NCBI GenBank assembly: GCA_963764725.1
Contig: CAVXTM010000001.1
Coordinates: 320,001-384,000, forward strand
Direction: 5' to 3'
Length of the DNA stretch: 64,000 nucleotides
Origin: an uncultured Gammaproteobacteria bacterium
Lineage (GTDB): Bacteria > Pseudomonadota > Gammaproteobacteria > JACCXJ01
The translations under genes and the position numbers were made by a program. Of this stretch, positions 35,191-44,237 are shown piece by piece. Within the stretch, counting starts at the first letter, position 1. Each line of letters begins with the position of its first letter. The notes below the pieces were generated by a model. It had not been told where the DNA came from and ran no database searches. It was given only the letters and a program-made list of their open reading frames with translations.

Positions 35191-35512
35191 AAAAACCCTT
35201 GACGCGTCGGCCGGGCAAGAGACGTTGCCCGAATCCGATGTATTGCAGCCGCATCAAGGGTCAGGAGGAAAGTTTAGGACGCGTTGACATTCGTGTGCGA
35301 GAACAACGACGCAGGAGGTAAAGCGCGAAGCAAGCGACAAAACCACGCGTGCCTATTCCCCCCCACCGATCGCAAGGCATTCAACGAACCTTTACCCTTG
35401 CGGGGCGTGCCCCCTGTGACCTCAACGGGGCTGCTAAACGGCGCCTCTCCATTGCCACTTGCTTCGCATAACCATCGCTGTTCGACCAACACGACTAAAT
35501 GAATGTCAACGC
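35191..35512 (-). ncRNA. Putative novel structured non-coding RNA
   Basis: 12-bp perfect closing helix, nested helices whose mismatches become G.U only on the minus strand, TAGTCT -10 ending 7 nt upstream, and a 3' hairpin plus U5. See findings. Confidence 0.6.
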
Positions 35513-35642
35513 AAGGTAAGACTACGCGCGGCCGGTTACTAAAGTCTGTCGGTGGGAGTTCGAATTTCGCGTAGGTCAACGTATGGTAGGGGTCCGCGTT
35601 TGTCCTACGCCGCGCCCTTAATACGAAACCAAGGAAACACAG

Positions 35643-36275
35643 CTACGCGACCAAGCCGTGCTTCACGCAATAATAAGTTAACTCGGCGCTGGTCCGTAGA
35701 TGCAGTTTTTCAAGAATGCGCGCCCGGTAAGTGCTGACGGTCTTGACGCTGAGATGCATCAGTTCCGCGATCTCGCTTACGGTATTTCCAGCGGCGATCA
35801 GGCACATAACCCGGTACTCCTGTTGCGACAAGCGCTCGTGGGGCGCTGCTTCAACACCACCGGAGATCTGGGTAACAAGCCGTTCCGCCAAAGATTGCGT
35901 GACATAGCGGCCCCCAGCGAGAACCCGCTTAACTGCCGTCACCAACTCCTCGGGAGCCCGATCTTTGGTGAGATAGCCCGCGGCGCCGGCTTTGAGCGCG
36001 CGCACCGCAAACTGCTCCTCGGCGTGCATGCTGAGCACAAACACCGGGACCGCCGGGAGCGCCCGCTTGACCCGCACCAGGGTTTCCAATCCGTCACCTC
36101 CCGGCATGGATACGTCGAGCAGCACCAGATCCCAGAGCCCGGTTCGCACGAGCTGTTCGACCTCCAGGCCGGTGGCGGCCTCCCCAACATCTAAATCCGG
36201 GAACGCCTCCCGCAGCAGGTCACGGATCCCGCGACGCATCAAAGGATGGTCATCGGCGATCAGAAACTTTAGCAT
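35643..36275 (-). CDS. NarL/UvrY-family response regulator (REC + LuxR HTH)
   Basis: IADDH, LLDVSMP, YLTK, LSVKTVSTYRARILEK. Confidence 0.94.
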   Translation of the reverse strand: MLKFLIADDHPLMRRGIRDLLREAFPDLDVGEAATGLEVEQLVRTGLWDLVLLDVSMPGGDGLETLVRVKRALPAVPVFVLSMHAEEQFAVRALKAGAAGYLTKDRAPEELVTAVKRVLAGGRYVTQSLAERLVTQISGGVEAAPHERLSQQEYRVMCLIAAGNTVSEIAELMHLSVKTVSTYRARILEKLHLRTSAELTYYCVKHGLVA

Positions 36276-36373
36276 CGCTGCTCATCCCAAGCACGGTGCG
36301 CCGGCCGCGGGCTGTGGGCGTGGCGTTGGCGGATTAATAAAGGGGGCTAGCATTCGTTTGAAGGCCGCTGCCG

Positions 36374-37735
36374 CTAAGGCGAGGGTCTAATTGGAAAGGT
36401 AACGGTTAATGTCGTCCCTGGCGGACCGCCGATGGTTAGCATCCCGCCGAGCTCCCGGGCCCGCTCCTCGATCCCGAGCAGCCCGAGTGAGCCCCGGGGC
36501 TCGCGTTCAGAGGGTTCAATCCCGCGCCCGTCGTCCCGGACCTCGAGTCGCGCAATGCCCTGTGAGTGGTCCATCTGCAGCCAGACGCCTCGCGCCTGGG
36601 CATGGCGGGCGACGTTGGTTAGGGCTTCCTGGGCAATGCGATAGAGCGCGGTGGCTTGGGCGGGAGTCAAATCGACCGACGCATCCAAGCTCGGCTCGAC
36701 GCCGATCCCCGTGCGTTCGTTGAACTGCCGGAGCAGGAGATCGAGGGCCGGAACTAGGCCGAGGTTATCGAGCACCGCCGGTCGCAGCTCGGTGGCGACG
36801 CGGCGCACCAGGCTCACGGTCGCGGCGACGTGCCGGGACATGGCGTTGAGACGTTCCGCTATCCGTTGGTCACTGGCCTCGTGATCGTCGACCCGGCGCT
36901 GTATCCAGGCGATGTCCATCTTGATCCCGGTCAGCGACTGTCCAAGCTGGTCGTGGAGTTCGCGCGCGATTTGAGTACGTTCTTCCTCGCGGCTGAGATT
37001 GAGATACTGCACGAGCTTGCGCAGTTGCGCCCGAGATGCGGCGAGCGTCCGCTGGGTGCGCCGCCGCTCGACGATATCGAGGGCGATGCATACCGCGCCC
37101 TGCAGGCTGCCGTCGCGAGCGCGCAAGGGAGCAGCCGAGAACAATACCGGGATGCGTTGTCCATCTCGGCGATAATAATAGGTCTCCTGTTCGGTTTCGC
37201 CGGTAAACAGAAACTCCAGTGTGAGCGCGGTATCGTTTAAGCCCAGGACGCGCTGAATCGAAGAGCCCGTCAAATCGCGCTCCGGATAGCCCAAGAGCGA
37301 GCAGCTTGCGGGATTGACCGTTTCGATGATGCCCGTGGGCGAGACTACGATCAGCGACTCGGGCAGGGAGCGGATCACATTTTCGAGATAAGTCCGGGAG
37401 AGGGTGTTGCGTTCGAGAACCTCGGCCATCTGATTAAACGCGATAGCCAACCGCCCGAGCTCGTCGTCGGACTCCGGTAGGACCCGTCGTGACAAGTCGC
37501 CGGCTGCCAGCGCCTGCATCGCGGCGAGGAGCGAGCGTACCGGCCGGGTCACGCCGCGCAGGGTCAGGAATACAACGGCAACGCCGGCCAGCAACGCGCA
37601 GAGGTGCAGGCCCGAACCCAGCGCGTTGAACTCACGGGCGCGCCAGTAGACGATAAGGTCGCTCATCAGGAATAGGGCGATGATGGCGCCCATTCCGAGC
37701 GCCAGTCTTCTTACGATGGTCCAACGCATCGTCAT
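36374..37735 (-). CDS. Sensor histidine kinase (2 TM, HAMP, PAS, HisKA_3, HATPase)
   Basis: DELGRLAIAFNQM (HAMP), IARELHDQLGQ, QEALTNVARHA, DDGRG. Confidence 0.93.
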   Translation of the reverse strand: MTMRWTIVRRLALGMGAIIALFLMSDLIVYWRAREFNALGSGLHLCALLAGVAVVFLTLRGVTRPVRSLLAAMQALAAGDLSRRVLPESDDELGRLAIAFNQMAEVLERNTLSRTYLENVIRSLPESLIVVSPTGIIETVNPASCSLLGYPERDLTGSSIQRVLGLNDTALTLEFLFTGETEQETYYYRRDGQRIPVLFSAAPLRARDGSLQGAVCIALDIVERRRTQRTLAASRAQLRKLVQYLNLSREEERTQIARELHDQLGQSLTGIKMDIAWIQRRVDDHEASDQRIAERLNAMSRHVAATVSLVRRVATELRPAVLDNLGLVPALDLLLRQFNERTGIGVEPSLDASVDLTPAQATALYRIAQEALTNVARHAQARGVWLQMDHSQGIARLEVRDDGRGIEPSEREPRGSLGLLGIEERARELGGMLTIGGPPGTTLTVTFPIRPSP

Positions 37736-37789
37736 GCCCGTTGCAGCCTGCCCGTTCTTGTCCTCTCGACTATCGCAAGCTCATTGTTA

Positions 37790-37818
37790 TTGACAGCAAC
37801 AAAAGCAAAAACTACGAT
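37790..37818 (+). promoter_or_regulatory. Sigma70 promoter of rplM-rpsI
   Basis: TTGACA (37790-37795), 17-bp spacer, TACGAT (37813-37818). Confidence 0.75.
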
Positions 37819-37844
37819 TGATTTCTTTTGAAAGCAATAAACTT

Positions 37845-38273
37845 ATGAAGACCTTTAGCGCTACGCCTTCGGACATAGAACGCAATTGGTACGTCGTCGA
37901 CGCCCAGGGCAAGGTGTTGGGGCGTCTTGCAAGCGAGATTGCCAAACGGCTGCGAGGTAAGCATAAACCCATATTCACACCGCACATGGACACCGGCGAC
38001 TACATCATTTTAGTCAATGCCGAAAAGATACAGGTCACGAGAAACAAACCCCAGGCAAAGATCTACTACAACCATTCCGGTTACACCGGTGGTCTCAAGT
38101 CGACGAGCTTCGACAAGCTCCTCCGGCTGGCACCGCACCGTGTCATTGAGCGCGCGGTCAAGGGCATGCTCCCGAAGGGCCCGCTCGGACGCGAGATGTT
38201 TCGCAAACTGAAAGTGTACCCGGGTCCGAAGCACAAGCACAGCGCTCAGCAACCTCTAATCTTGGAACTATAG
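37845..38273 (+). CDS. rplM: 50S ribosomal protein L13
   Basis: MKTFSA, WYVVDA, LRGKHKP, GMLPK. 142 aa from ATG 37845. Confidence 0.98.
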   Translation: MKTFSATPSDIERNWYVVDAQGKVLGRLASEIAKRLRGKHKPIFTPHMDTGDYIILVNAEKIQVTRNKPQAKIYYNHSGYTGGLKSTSFDKLLRLAPHRVIERAVKGMLPKGPLGREMFRKLKVYPGPKHKHSAQQPLILEL

Positions 38274-38275
38274 CG

Positions 38276-38668
38276 ATGTCAGCTCAGATGTATCGCGGCA
38301 CCGGCCGCCGCAAAAGCGCGACCGCGCGAGTATTCGTTAAGCCCGGCGACGGGCAGATTACAATCAACAAGCGTAGCTTGGACAATTATTTTGGGCGCGA
38401 AACGTCGCGCATGATCGTCCGCCAACCGTTGCAAACGGCGAAGTTGGACGGGAAATTCGACCTCTTCATTACCGTGAAAGGCGGCGGCTCGTCGGGGCAA
38501 GCAGGGGCGATTCGCCATGGCATCACACGAGCGCTCATCGAATACGACGATAACCTCAAGAGTCCCCTGCGCCGTGCTGGTTTCGTCACCCGCGATGCGC
38601 GCGAGGTCGAGCGCAAAAAGGTTGGGCTGCATAAGGCGCGTAAACGGCCGCAGTACTCGAAGCGTTAA
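38276..38668 (+). CDS. rpsI: 30S ribosomal protein S9
   Basis: [16 protein letters not shown]-terminal QYSKR. Confidence 0.98.
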   Translation: MSAQMYRGTGRRKSATARVFVKPGDGQITINKRSLDNYFGRETSRMIVRQPLQTAKLDGKFDLFITVKGGGSSGQAGAIRHGITRALIEYDDNLKSPLRRAGFVTRDAREVERKKVGLHKARKRPQYSKR

Positions 38669-38685
38669 GCTCCGGGGCTCCCCCC

Positions 38686-38759
38686 TGGGGGATCGTCTAG
38701 CGGTAGGACTACGGACTCTGACTCCGTCAACCTAGGTTCGAATCCTAGTCCCCCAGCCA
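38686..38759 (+). tRNA. tRNA-Gln (anticodon CTG)
   Basis: Cloverleaf TGGGGGA...TCCCCCA GCCA, anticodon loop CT CTG AC, T-arm GGTTCGAATCC, encoded CCA. Confidence 0.96.
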
Positions 38760-38817
38760 AACATTCTGACGGCGAATCCAAGCGACCTTCGCGGCGAACA
38801 GTTGCGCGAGCACTGAT

Positions 38818-38847
38818 AAAAACACCCTCGCATCCCTTCGAGGGTGT
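38818..38847 (-). terminator. Hairpin with U-tract on the minus strand
   Basis: ACACCCTCG/CGAGGGTGT 9-bp stem with a 5-T run on the minus strand. It could also act bidirectionally after tRNA-Gln. Confidence 0.5.
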
Positions 38848-39022
38848 ACAGTGCCGGATCGCGGGGAGGGGGGATCGGACCCGGCGCCTGCCCGAGATGT
38901 ATCGGCAGAATGCGGTGGACATTTACTGCTGCGCCATAGCCAACCGCGGCGTTGCTGAAAATCGCTAGCCGATGAGGTACAGTTGCGCCCTCATTGCGTC
39001 AAGTGGTGATAGGAAACCAGCA

Positions 39023-39700
39023 TTGCCCGAGTATTTCATTGCGCCGTCCATCCTCGCCGCGGACTTAGCTCGACTCGGAGAGGAGACTGTCCGCATCATT
39101 GATGCCGGCGCCGATCTTATTCATTTCGACGTGATGGATAATCACTTCGTACCCAATCTAAGCTTCGGGCCGTCCGTCTGTAAAGCCCTTCGAGGCTACG
39201 GCATTAGCGCACCTATCGACGTCCATCTCATGGTTAGCCCCGTGGACAGCATCGTCCCCGCCTTCGCAAAGGCCGGCGCGAACTATATCACCTTCCATCC
39301 CGAAGCGAGCGAGGATGTGCAGCGCACGTTACACCTGATACATAAAGTCGGTTGCAAAGCCGGAGTTGTACTCAATCCCGCGACCCCCCTTGCTGTCCTC
39401 GCGCCGGTTCTCGATAACATCGAAATGGTACTGCTGATGTCCGTTAATCCGGGCTTCGGCGGACAGAAGTTTATCGAAGCAATCTATGCCAAAATCAGCG
39501 CGGCGCGTTCCGTTATCAATGCGTGTGGTCGGCCGATCCGTCTCGAGGTGGACGGCGGGATTAAGGTTTCGAATATCGGAAAAATCGCGGCCGCCGGCGC
39601 CGATACCTTCGTCGCGGGAACCGCCATATTCGGGAGCAATGACTATAGCACCACGATACAGACCATGCGCGCGGAGCTGGCGATGACGGCTCAGGTGTAG
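39023..39700 (+). CDS. rpe: Ribulose-phosphate 3-epimerase
   Basis: [31 protein letters not shown]. Probable TTG start. Confidence 0.96.
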   Translation: MPEYFIAPSILAADLARLGEETVRIIDAGADLIHFDVMDNHFVPNLSFGPSVCKALRGYGISAPIDVHLMVSPVDSIVPAFAKAGANYITFHPEASEDVQRTLHLIHKVGCKAGVVLNPATPLAVLAPVLDNIEMVLLMSVNPGFGGQKFIEAIYAKISAARSVINACGRPIRLEVDGGIKVSNIGKIAAAGADTFVAGTAIFGSNDYSTTIQTMRAELAMTAQV

Positions 39701-39705
39701 TGCGG

Positions 39706-40374
39706 ATGTCTTTGCCCAAACCAGAACTGGTGGTGCTGGATCTCGACGGTACGCTGGTCGATAGCGCCCCCGACCTCGCTTACAGCATCGACACGATGCT
39801 GATCCAGTTGGGACTGCGGCCGCAAGGCGAGGATCGGGTAAGGACCTGGATCGGGAGCGGGGCGGAACGCTTGGTTAAACGCGCTCTCACGGAAGATCTC
39901 TATGCCGAACCCGAGGAAGCACTTTTCGAAACTGCTGTTGCGCTCTTCTCGGATATTTATGGTCAGAACACATGCCGGCGAAGCCACCTGTACCCAGGCG
40001 TCCGCGAAGGGCTCGATTATCTCCTCGCAACGAATCGCAAGCTTGGCTGTGTCACCAATAAACGCGAGCGGTTCACACGACCACTTCTGAAATCATTGGG
40101 GATCTTCGAGAAGTTCGCGGTCGTGGTTGCCGGCGACAACTTGGCCGCCAAGAAACCCGACCCACTGCCCCTTTTACACGTCGCGAGCGCAACCGGGGTC
40201 GTCGCGGAAAGAAGTCTAATGGTCGGGGATTCGGTCAACGACGTAACAGCCGCCCGTGCCGCCGGGTTTTCGGTGGTCTGCGTGCGCTACGGATACAATA
40301 ACGGCGAAGACATTGCGGACACTCGACCCGATGCCATCGTTGAGTCGCTGGCCGAGCTCGTAACTTTGATCTAA
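39706..40374 (+). CDS. gph: Phosphoglycolate phosphatase
   Basis: DLDGTLVDS, KPDP, VGDS HAD motifs, rpe-gph-trpE synteny. Confidence 0.93.
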   Translation: MSLPKPELVVLDLDGTLVDSAPDLAYSIDTMLIQLGLRPQGEDRVRTWIGSGAERLVKRALTEDLYAEPEEALFETAVALFSDIYGQNTCRRSHLYPGVREGLDYLLATNRKLGCVTNKRERFTRPLLKSLGIFEKFAVVVAGDNLAAKKPDPLPLLHVASATGVVAERSLMVGDSVNDVTAARAAGFSVVCVRYGYNNGEDIADTRPDAIVESLAELVTLI

Positions 40375-40392
40375 CGGCGCTCGCGAAGGACG

Positions 40393-41889
40393 ATGGATCC
40401 CAACGATTTTATCCGTTTAGCAAAGGACGGCTATACGCGGATCCCCGTCATGCGAGAGATCCTCGCGGATCTGGATACCCCGCTCAGCGCTTACTTTAAG
40501 CTCGGAGATAGACCGCATTCCTATCTATTTGAATCCGTGCAAGGCGGCGAACAATGGGGCCGTTACTCCTTCATCGGGCTGCAGGCGCGGACGGTAGTGC
40601 GCGTGAATGGCCATGGAGTGAAGGTGGAAACGGACGGCGAAGTAGTCGAGCAGACGATCACTGCAGACCCCCTGGGATGGATTGACCGATTTCGCGCGCG
40701 CTTTCGCGTTCCGCGAGTCCATGGCCTACCGCGATTCAGCGGCGGGCTTGTCGGCTACTTCGGCTATGACACCGTCCGTTATGTCGAGCAGCGCATCGGT
40801 AACACGCGCAACCCCGATCCGCTCGATTGCCCGGATGTATTCTTGATGGTATCCGAGGAGATTTTAGTTTTTGATAACCTGCGCGGCAAACTCTCTCTGA
40901 TCGTTCATGCCGATCCATCGCAACCGCTCGCCCTCGAACGCGCGCAAGAACGCATCGATGAACTCGTCCGCGGTTTAAACGGTAGACACATGATTTCGAG
41001 CCTTCCAGCAGCGCCAAGAACCGTGCTCGAAGGGGATTTTCTTTCAAGCTTTGAACGCGATAAATTTGAGGCCGCTGTCCATCGCATCAAGGACTATATC
41101 CTCGAAGGTGACGTGATGCAGGTGGTCTTGTCTCAGCGCCTGTCGGTGCCTTTTCACGCCCGCGCCACTGATCTCTACCGCGCACTGCGGTGCCTCAATC
41201 CTTCTCCCTACCTCTATTATTTGAACCTGGGCGATTTCTTTATTGTCGGATCCTCGCCAGAGATCCTTGTGCGCTTAGATGAGGATATCGTTACGGTCCG
41301 GCCGATTGCCGGGACCCGGCGCCGCGGCCGCGATTCAGAGGAAGATCTCGCGCTCGAGCAGGAGCTCTTGCGCGATCCCAAGGAGCTTGCGGAGCACCTC
41401 ATGCTCATCGACCTCGGGCGCAATGATATCGGACGAGTGGCGCGGATCGGGACCGTGCAGGTCACGGATCGAATGCTAATCGAACGCTACTCGCACGTCA
41501 TGCATATCGTATCAAACGTCACGGGCCGGCTTGACAACCACGAAAGCCCCATTGACGTACTGCGGGCGACCTTTCCTGCCGGCACCGTGAGCGGCGCACC
41601 CAAGGTACGGGCGATGGAAATCATCGACGAGCTAGAACCGGTAAAGCGCGGGGTCTATGCGGGGGCCGTCGGCTACCTATCCTGGAGCGGTAACATGGAT
41701 CTAGCGATCGCGATACGTACAGCATTAATCAAAAACGGCATGTTGCACGTCCAGGCCGGTGCTGGAATTGTCGCTGATTCGCAACCGGCCCTGGAATGGA
41801 AGGAAACCCTCAATAAAGGCCGCGCCATTTTTCGCGCGGTGGCGATGGCGGAAGCGGGCCTCAACGGAACAAGAACTGGGAAATCATGA
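40393..41889 (+). CDS. trpE: Anthranilate synthase component I
   Basis: [33 protein letters not shown]. Confidence 0.96.
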   Translation: MDPNDFIRLAKDGYTRIPVMREILADLDTPLSAYFKLGDRPHSYLFESVQGGEQWGRYSFIGLQARTVVRVNGHGVKVETDGEVVEQTITADPLGWIDRFRARFRVPRVHGLPRFSGGLVGYFGYDTVRYVEQRIGNTRNPDPLDCPDVFLMVSEEILVFDNLRGKLSLIVHADPSQPLALERAQERIDELVRGLNGRHMISSLPAAPRTVLEGDFLSSFERDKFEAAVHRIKDYILEGDVMQVVLSQRLSVPFHARATDLYRALRCLNPSPYLYYLNLGDFFIVGSSPEILVRLDEDIVTVRPIAGTRRRGRDSEEDLALEQELLRDPKELAEHLMLIDLGRNDIGRVARIGTVQVTDRMLIERYSHVMHIVSNVTGRLDNHESPIDVLRATFPAGTVSGAPKVRAMEIIDELEPVKRGVYAGAVGYLSWSGNMDLAIAIRTALIKNGMLHVQAGAGIVADSQPALEWKETLNKGRAIFRAVAMAEAGLNGTRTGKS

Positions 41890-41914
41890 GGTGGGGGTCG
41901 TTCGGGCAACGACC

Positions 41915-41949
41915 AAAAAAATCGGGAGACCGGTTGCCCGGCCTCCCGA
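41915..41949 (-). terminator. Intrinsic terminator on the minus strand with no minus-strand gene upstream
   Basis: UCGGGAGGCCGG-GCAA-CCGGUCUCCCGA-U7. 12-bp stem with one G.U pair and a GNRA tetraloop. Confidence 0.85.
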
Positions 41950-41980
41950 CACAGGAGATATTCAAAACTACGAGGCTGGG
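41915..41980 (-). ncRNA. Putative small RNA divergent from the OmpR-type pair
   Basis: TATTAT -10 at 41992-41987, short single-stranded region with AUCUCCU, then the orphan terminator. Confidence 0.6.
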
Positions 41981-42159
41981 AACAAGATAATACGCCCGCC
42001 CTTTCCTTTAGATTAACGATTGATTAAATTTTTGTAATCTTGCCCCCGGACCTAACGCATTCTCGCCAAAAGGTTGGCAACCTACATCAACACCATGCAT
42101 TAGCGCCCTTAACTAACGGGCTTCGCAATCATACAACCAAACGCCGAGCTATTCTTGCT

Positions 42160-42837
42160 ATGCGTATTCTCCTCATCGAAGACGATCGCGACACCGCGGC
42201 GTACCTGACGAAAGGCTTACGCGAAGGCGGCTATACCATCGAACACGCATCCGAGGGGCGCGACGGACTGTTCTTGGCGACGAGCGAAGACTTCGATTTG
42301 CTGATTGTCGACCGTATGCTCCCGGGTTTAAACGGTCTCGCGGTAATTGAAGCACTGCGGGCACAAGGAAATAAGGTGCCCGTCCTCATCCTCAGCGCGC
42401 TAGCGCAGATCGATGACCGTGTGCGCGGCTTGCGGGCGGGCGGGGATGATTACATGACCAAACCGTATGCGTTTTCGGAATTGCTCGCGCGCATCGAGGC
42501 GCTGCTAAGGCGCGGTCACTCCGCGGCACCTACGACCAAGCTGGGATTCGCGAACTTGGAAATGGATTTGCTGACGCGCACCGTCACGCGCGCTGGTCGC
42601 AGGATCGATCTACAAGCGCGGGAATTTCGCCTCCTCGAGTATTTGCTGCGTCACGCGGGTCAGGTCGTGACACGAACGATGCTCTTGGATGGCGTCTGGG
42701 ACTACCACTTCGATCCGCAAACAAACGTGATTGACGTGCATATCAGCCGCCTGCGCCAAAAAATAGATAAAGGCTTCGCGACACCGCTGTTGCACACGAT
42801 CCGGGGCGCGGGTTATTCCTTGCGTGAAGACACTTAG
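42160..42837 (+). CDS. OmpR-family response regulator
   Basis: LIEDD, VDRMLP, DDYMTKP, WDYHFDPQTNVIDVHISRLR, TIRGAGY. Confidence 0.95.
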   Translation: MRILLIEDDRDTAAYLTKGLREGGYTIEHASEGRDGLFLATSEDFDLLIVDRMLPGLNGLAVIEALRAQGNKVPVLILSALAQIDDRVRGLRAGGDDYMTKPYAFSELLARIEALLRRGHSAAPTTKLGFANLEMDLLTRTVTRAGRRIDLQAREFRLLEYLLRHAGQVVTRTMLLDGVWDYHFDPQTNVIDVHISRLRQKIDKGFATPLLHTIRGAGYSLREDT

Positions 42838-44206
42838 GCTACTCCAGACCACACTGTTCCGGCTGTCGGTCGTCAACATGGCCGCCTTCGCGGCATCGGC
42901 CAGCGTGCTGCTCCTGTTCATTCATGATGCGACCGTAGCGTTCATCGATCGAGAAACAAACGCCACGATCGAGGCGGATTACCGGGGGCTGGCGGAGCAG
43001 TACGCGCAGCTAGGACTTAGTGGATTGGCACGCGTCATCACCGAACGCTTGAACGGCCATACCCGAACTGGGGAGCTGTATCTGCTTATCGACCTTTACC
43101 ATCGGCCCGTGGCGGGGAATCTCGCCCTCTGGCCCACGGTTGACTCCAACGCGGGCGAATGGATCCAGTTTGGCGTGGAGATCCCGGAAGCGTCGGGTCC
43201 CGTAATGCATGCGGCGCAGGCGAAGATCTTCGATCTAGCCGACAACCATCGCTTGCTCGTCGGCCGAGATATCGAAGCTCGGGTCGATTTTCGAGGTACC
43301 TTTACGGTATTCCTCGTCGCCTCGCTCGCGATATTCGTTGTCCTTAGCGGCATCGGGGGTATCCTTACCGGTCGCAATATTCTCGGGCGTGTCAACGCGA
43401 TCGCCCGTACCACCCATAGCATCATTCGAGGCGATCTGAGCCAGCGCTTACCGATACAAGGGATCGGCGATGAATTCGATCGTGTAGCGGAAAGTGTCAA
43501 TCTAATGCTCAATCAGATCGAGCACTTGAGCAAGGGAATGCGAACGGTCATCGACAGCGTGGCGCATGATCTGCGGGGGCCCATCACGCGCCTTCGCAGC
43601 CACGTCGAACTGACCTTCAGCAAGCCTCCTAGCATCGAATCCTATCGGCAGGCTCTCGACACGGCCTTGACGGAAACCGAGCGGCTGCATAACACCGTGA
43701 ACACTTTGCTGCATATTGCCCAGGCTGAGGCGGGCACGCTTGCAATCGAAATGGAGCGGGTCGATCTGTCTGCCGTCGTCCGTGACGTTACGGACTTATA
43801 TCAGCCTCTGGCGGAAGAGCGAGAGCTACGCTTATCCATGGATGCCACGGCAGATGTCCATATCTTAGGACACCGCGAGTTACTCTCCCATGCCGTCGCT
43901 AATCTCATCGACAACGCGATTAAGTATACGCCGCAAGGCGGCGCTATCGGCCTGACAGTTTCGGCCGTGGGGCTACGCGCCACTGTCACCGTAGCGGACA
44001 CTGGGCCAGGCATCTTCCCCGAGGATCGTGAGCGCGTTCTACAGCGTTTCGTACGCCTCGAAGCCAGCCGAACGACCCCTGGCAGCGGCTTAGGTTTGAG
44101 TCTCGTAGCGGCGGTCGCACAGCTGCACGAGGCGGAACTGAGGCTCAGCGATAACGCGCCGGGCCTGCGCGTCGACGTGATTTTCCGCACGGCCGCCGAA
44201 GTCTGA
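42824..44206 (+). CDS. Sensor histidine kinase (periplasmic sensor, HAMP, HisKA)
   Basis: Two TMs, VAHDLRGP, NLIDNAIKY, DTGPG, GSGLGL. Confidence 0.94.
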   Translation: MKTLRLLQTTLFRLSVVNMAAFAASASVLLLFIHDATVAFIDRETNATIEADYRGLAEQYAQLGLSGLARVITERLNGHTRTGELYLLIDLYHRPVAGNLALWPTVDSNAGEWIQFGVEIPEASGPVMHAAQAKIFDLADNHRLLVGRDIEARVDFRGTFTVFLVASLAIFVVLSGIGGILTGRNILGRVNAIARTTHSIIRGDLSQRLPIQGIGDEFDRVAESVNLMLNQIEHLSKGMRTVIDSVAHDLRGPITRLRSHVELTFSKPPSIESYRQALDTALTETERLHNTVNTLLHIAQAEAGTLAIEMERVDLSAVVRDVTDLYQPLAEERELRLSMDATADVHILGHRELLSHAVANLIDNAIKYTPQGGAIGLTVSAVGLRATVTVADTGPGIFPEDRERVLQRFVRLEASRTTPGSGLGLSLVAAVAQLHEAELRLSDNAPGLRVDVIFRTAAEV

Positions 44207-44237
44207 AAGGTGCTTTCAGACGGCCAATCAGAATAAC

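Noticed and set aside
35117-35260. Riboswitch or attenuator controlling coq7
   Set aside because: coq7 has its own extended -10 (TGtTAGAAT, 35155-35147) downstream of the hairpin, and no known aptamer was recognised. Disfavoured, not disproved.
35281-35512. MITE, retron ncRNA or 6S RNA reading of the long inverted repeat
   Set aside because: There is no target-site duplication, second copy, transposase or reverse transcriptase in the window. It has no zapA/ygfA context and no recognisable 6S sequence. It is not fully excluded without cmscan.
35274-35579. ORFs 35274-35579 (-) and 35284-35502 (+) as proteins or a type I toxin
   Set aside because: Both have TTG starts without a well-spaced SD and no recognisable motif or clear toxin-like TM. 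RNA structure explains the region better.
38686-38759. tRNA-Gln as an integration site
   Set aside because: No integrase nearby, and I found no duplicated tRNA 3' end in the window.
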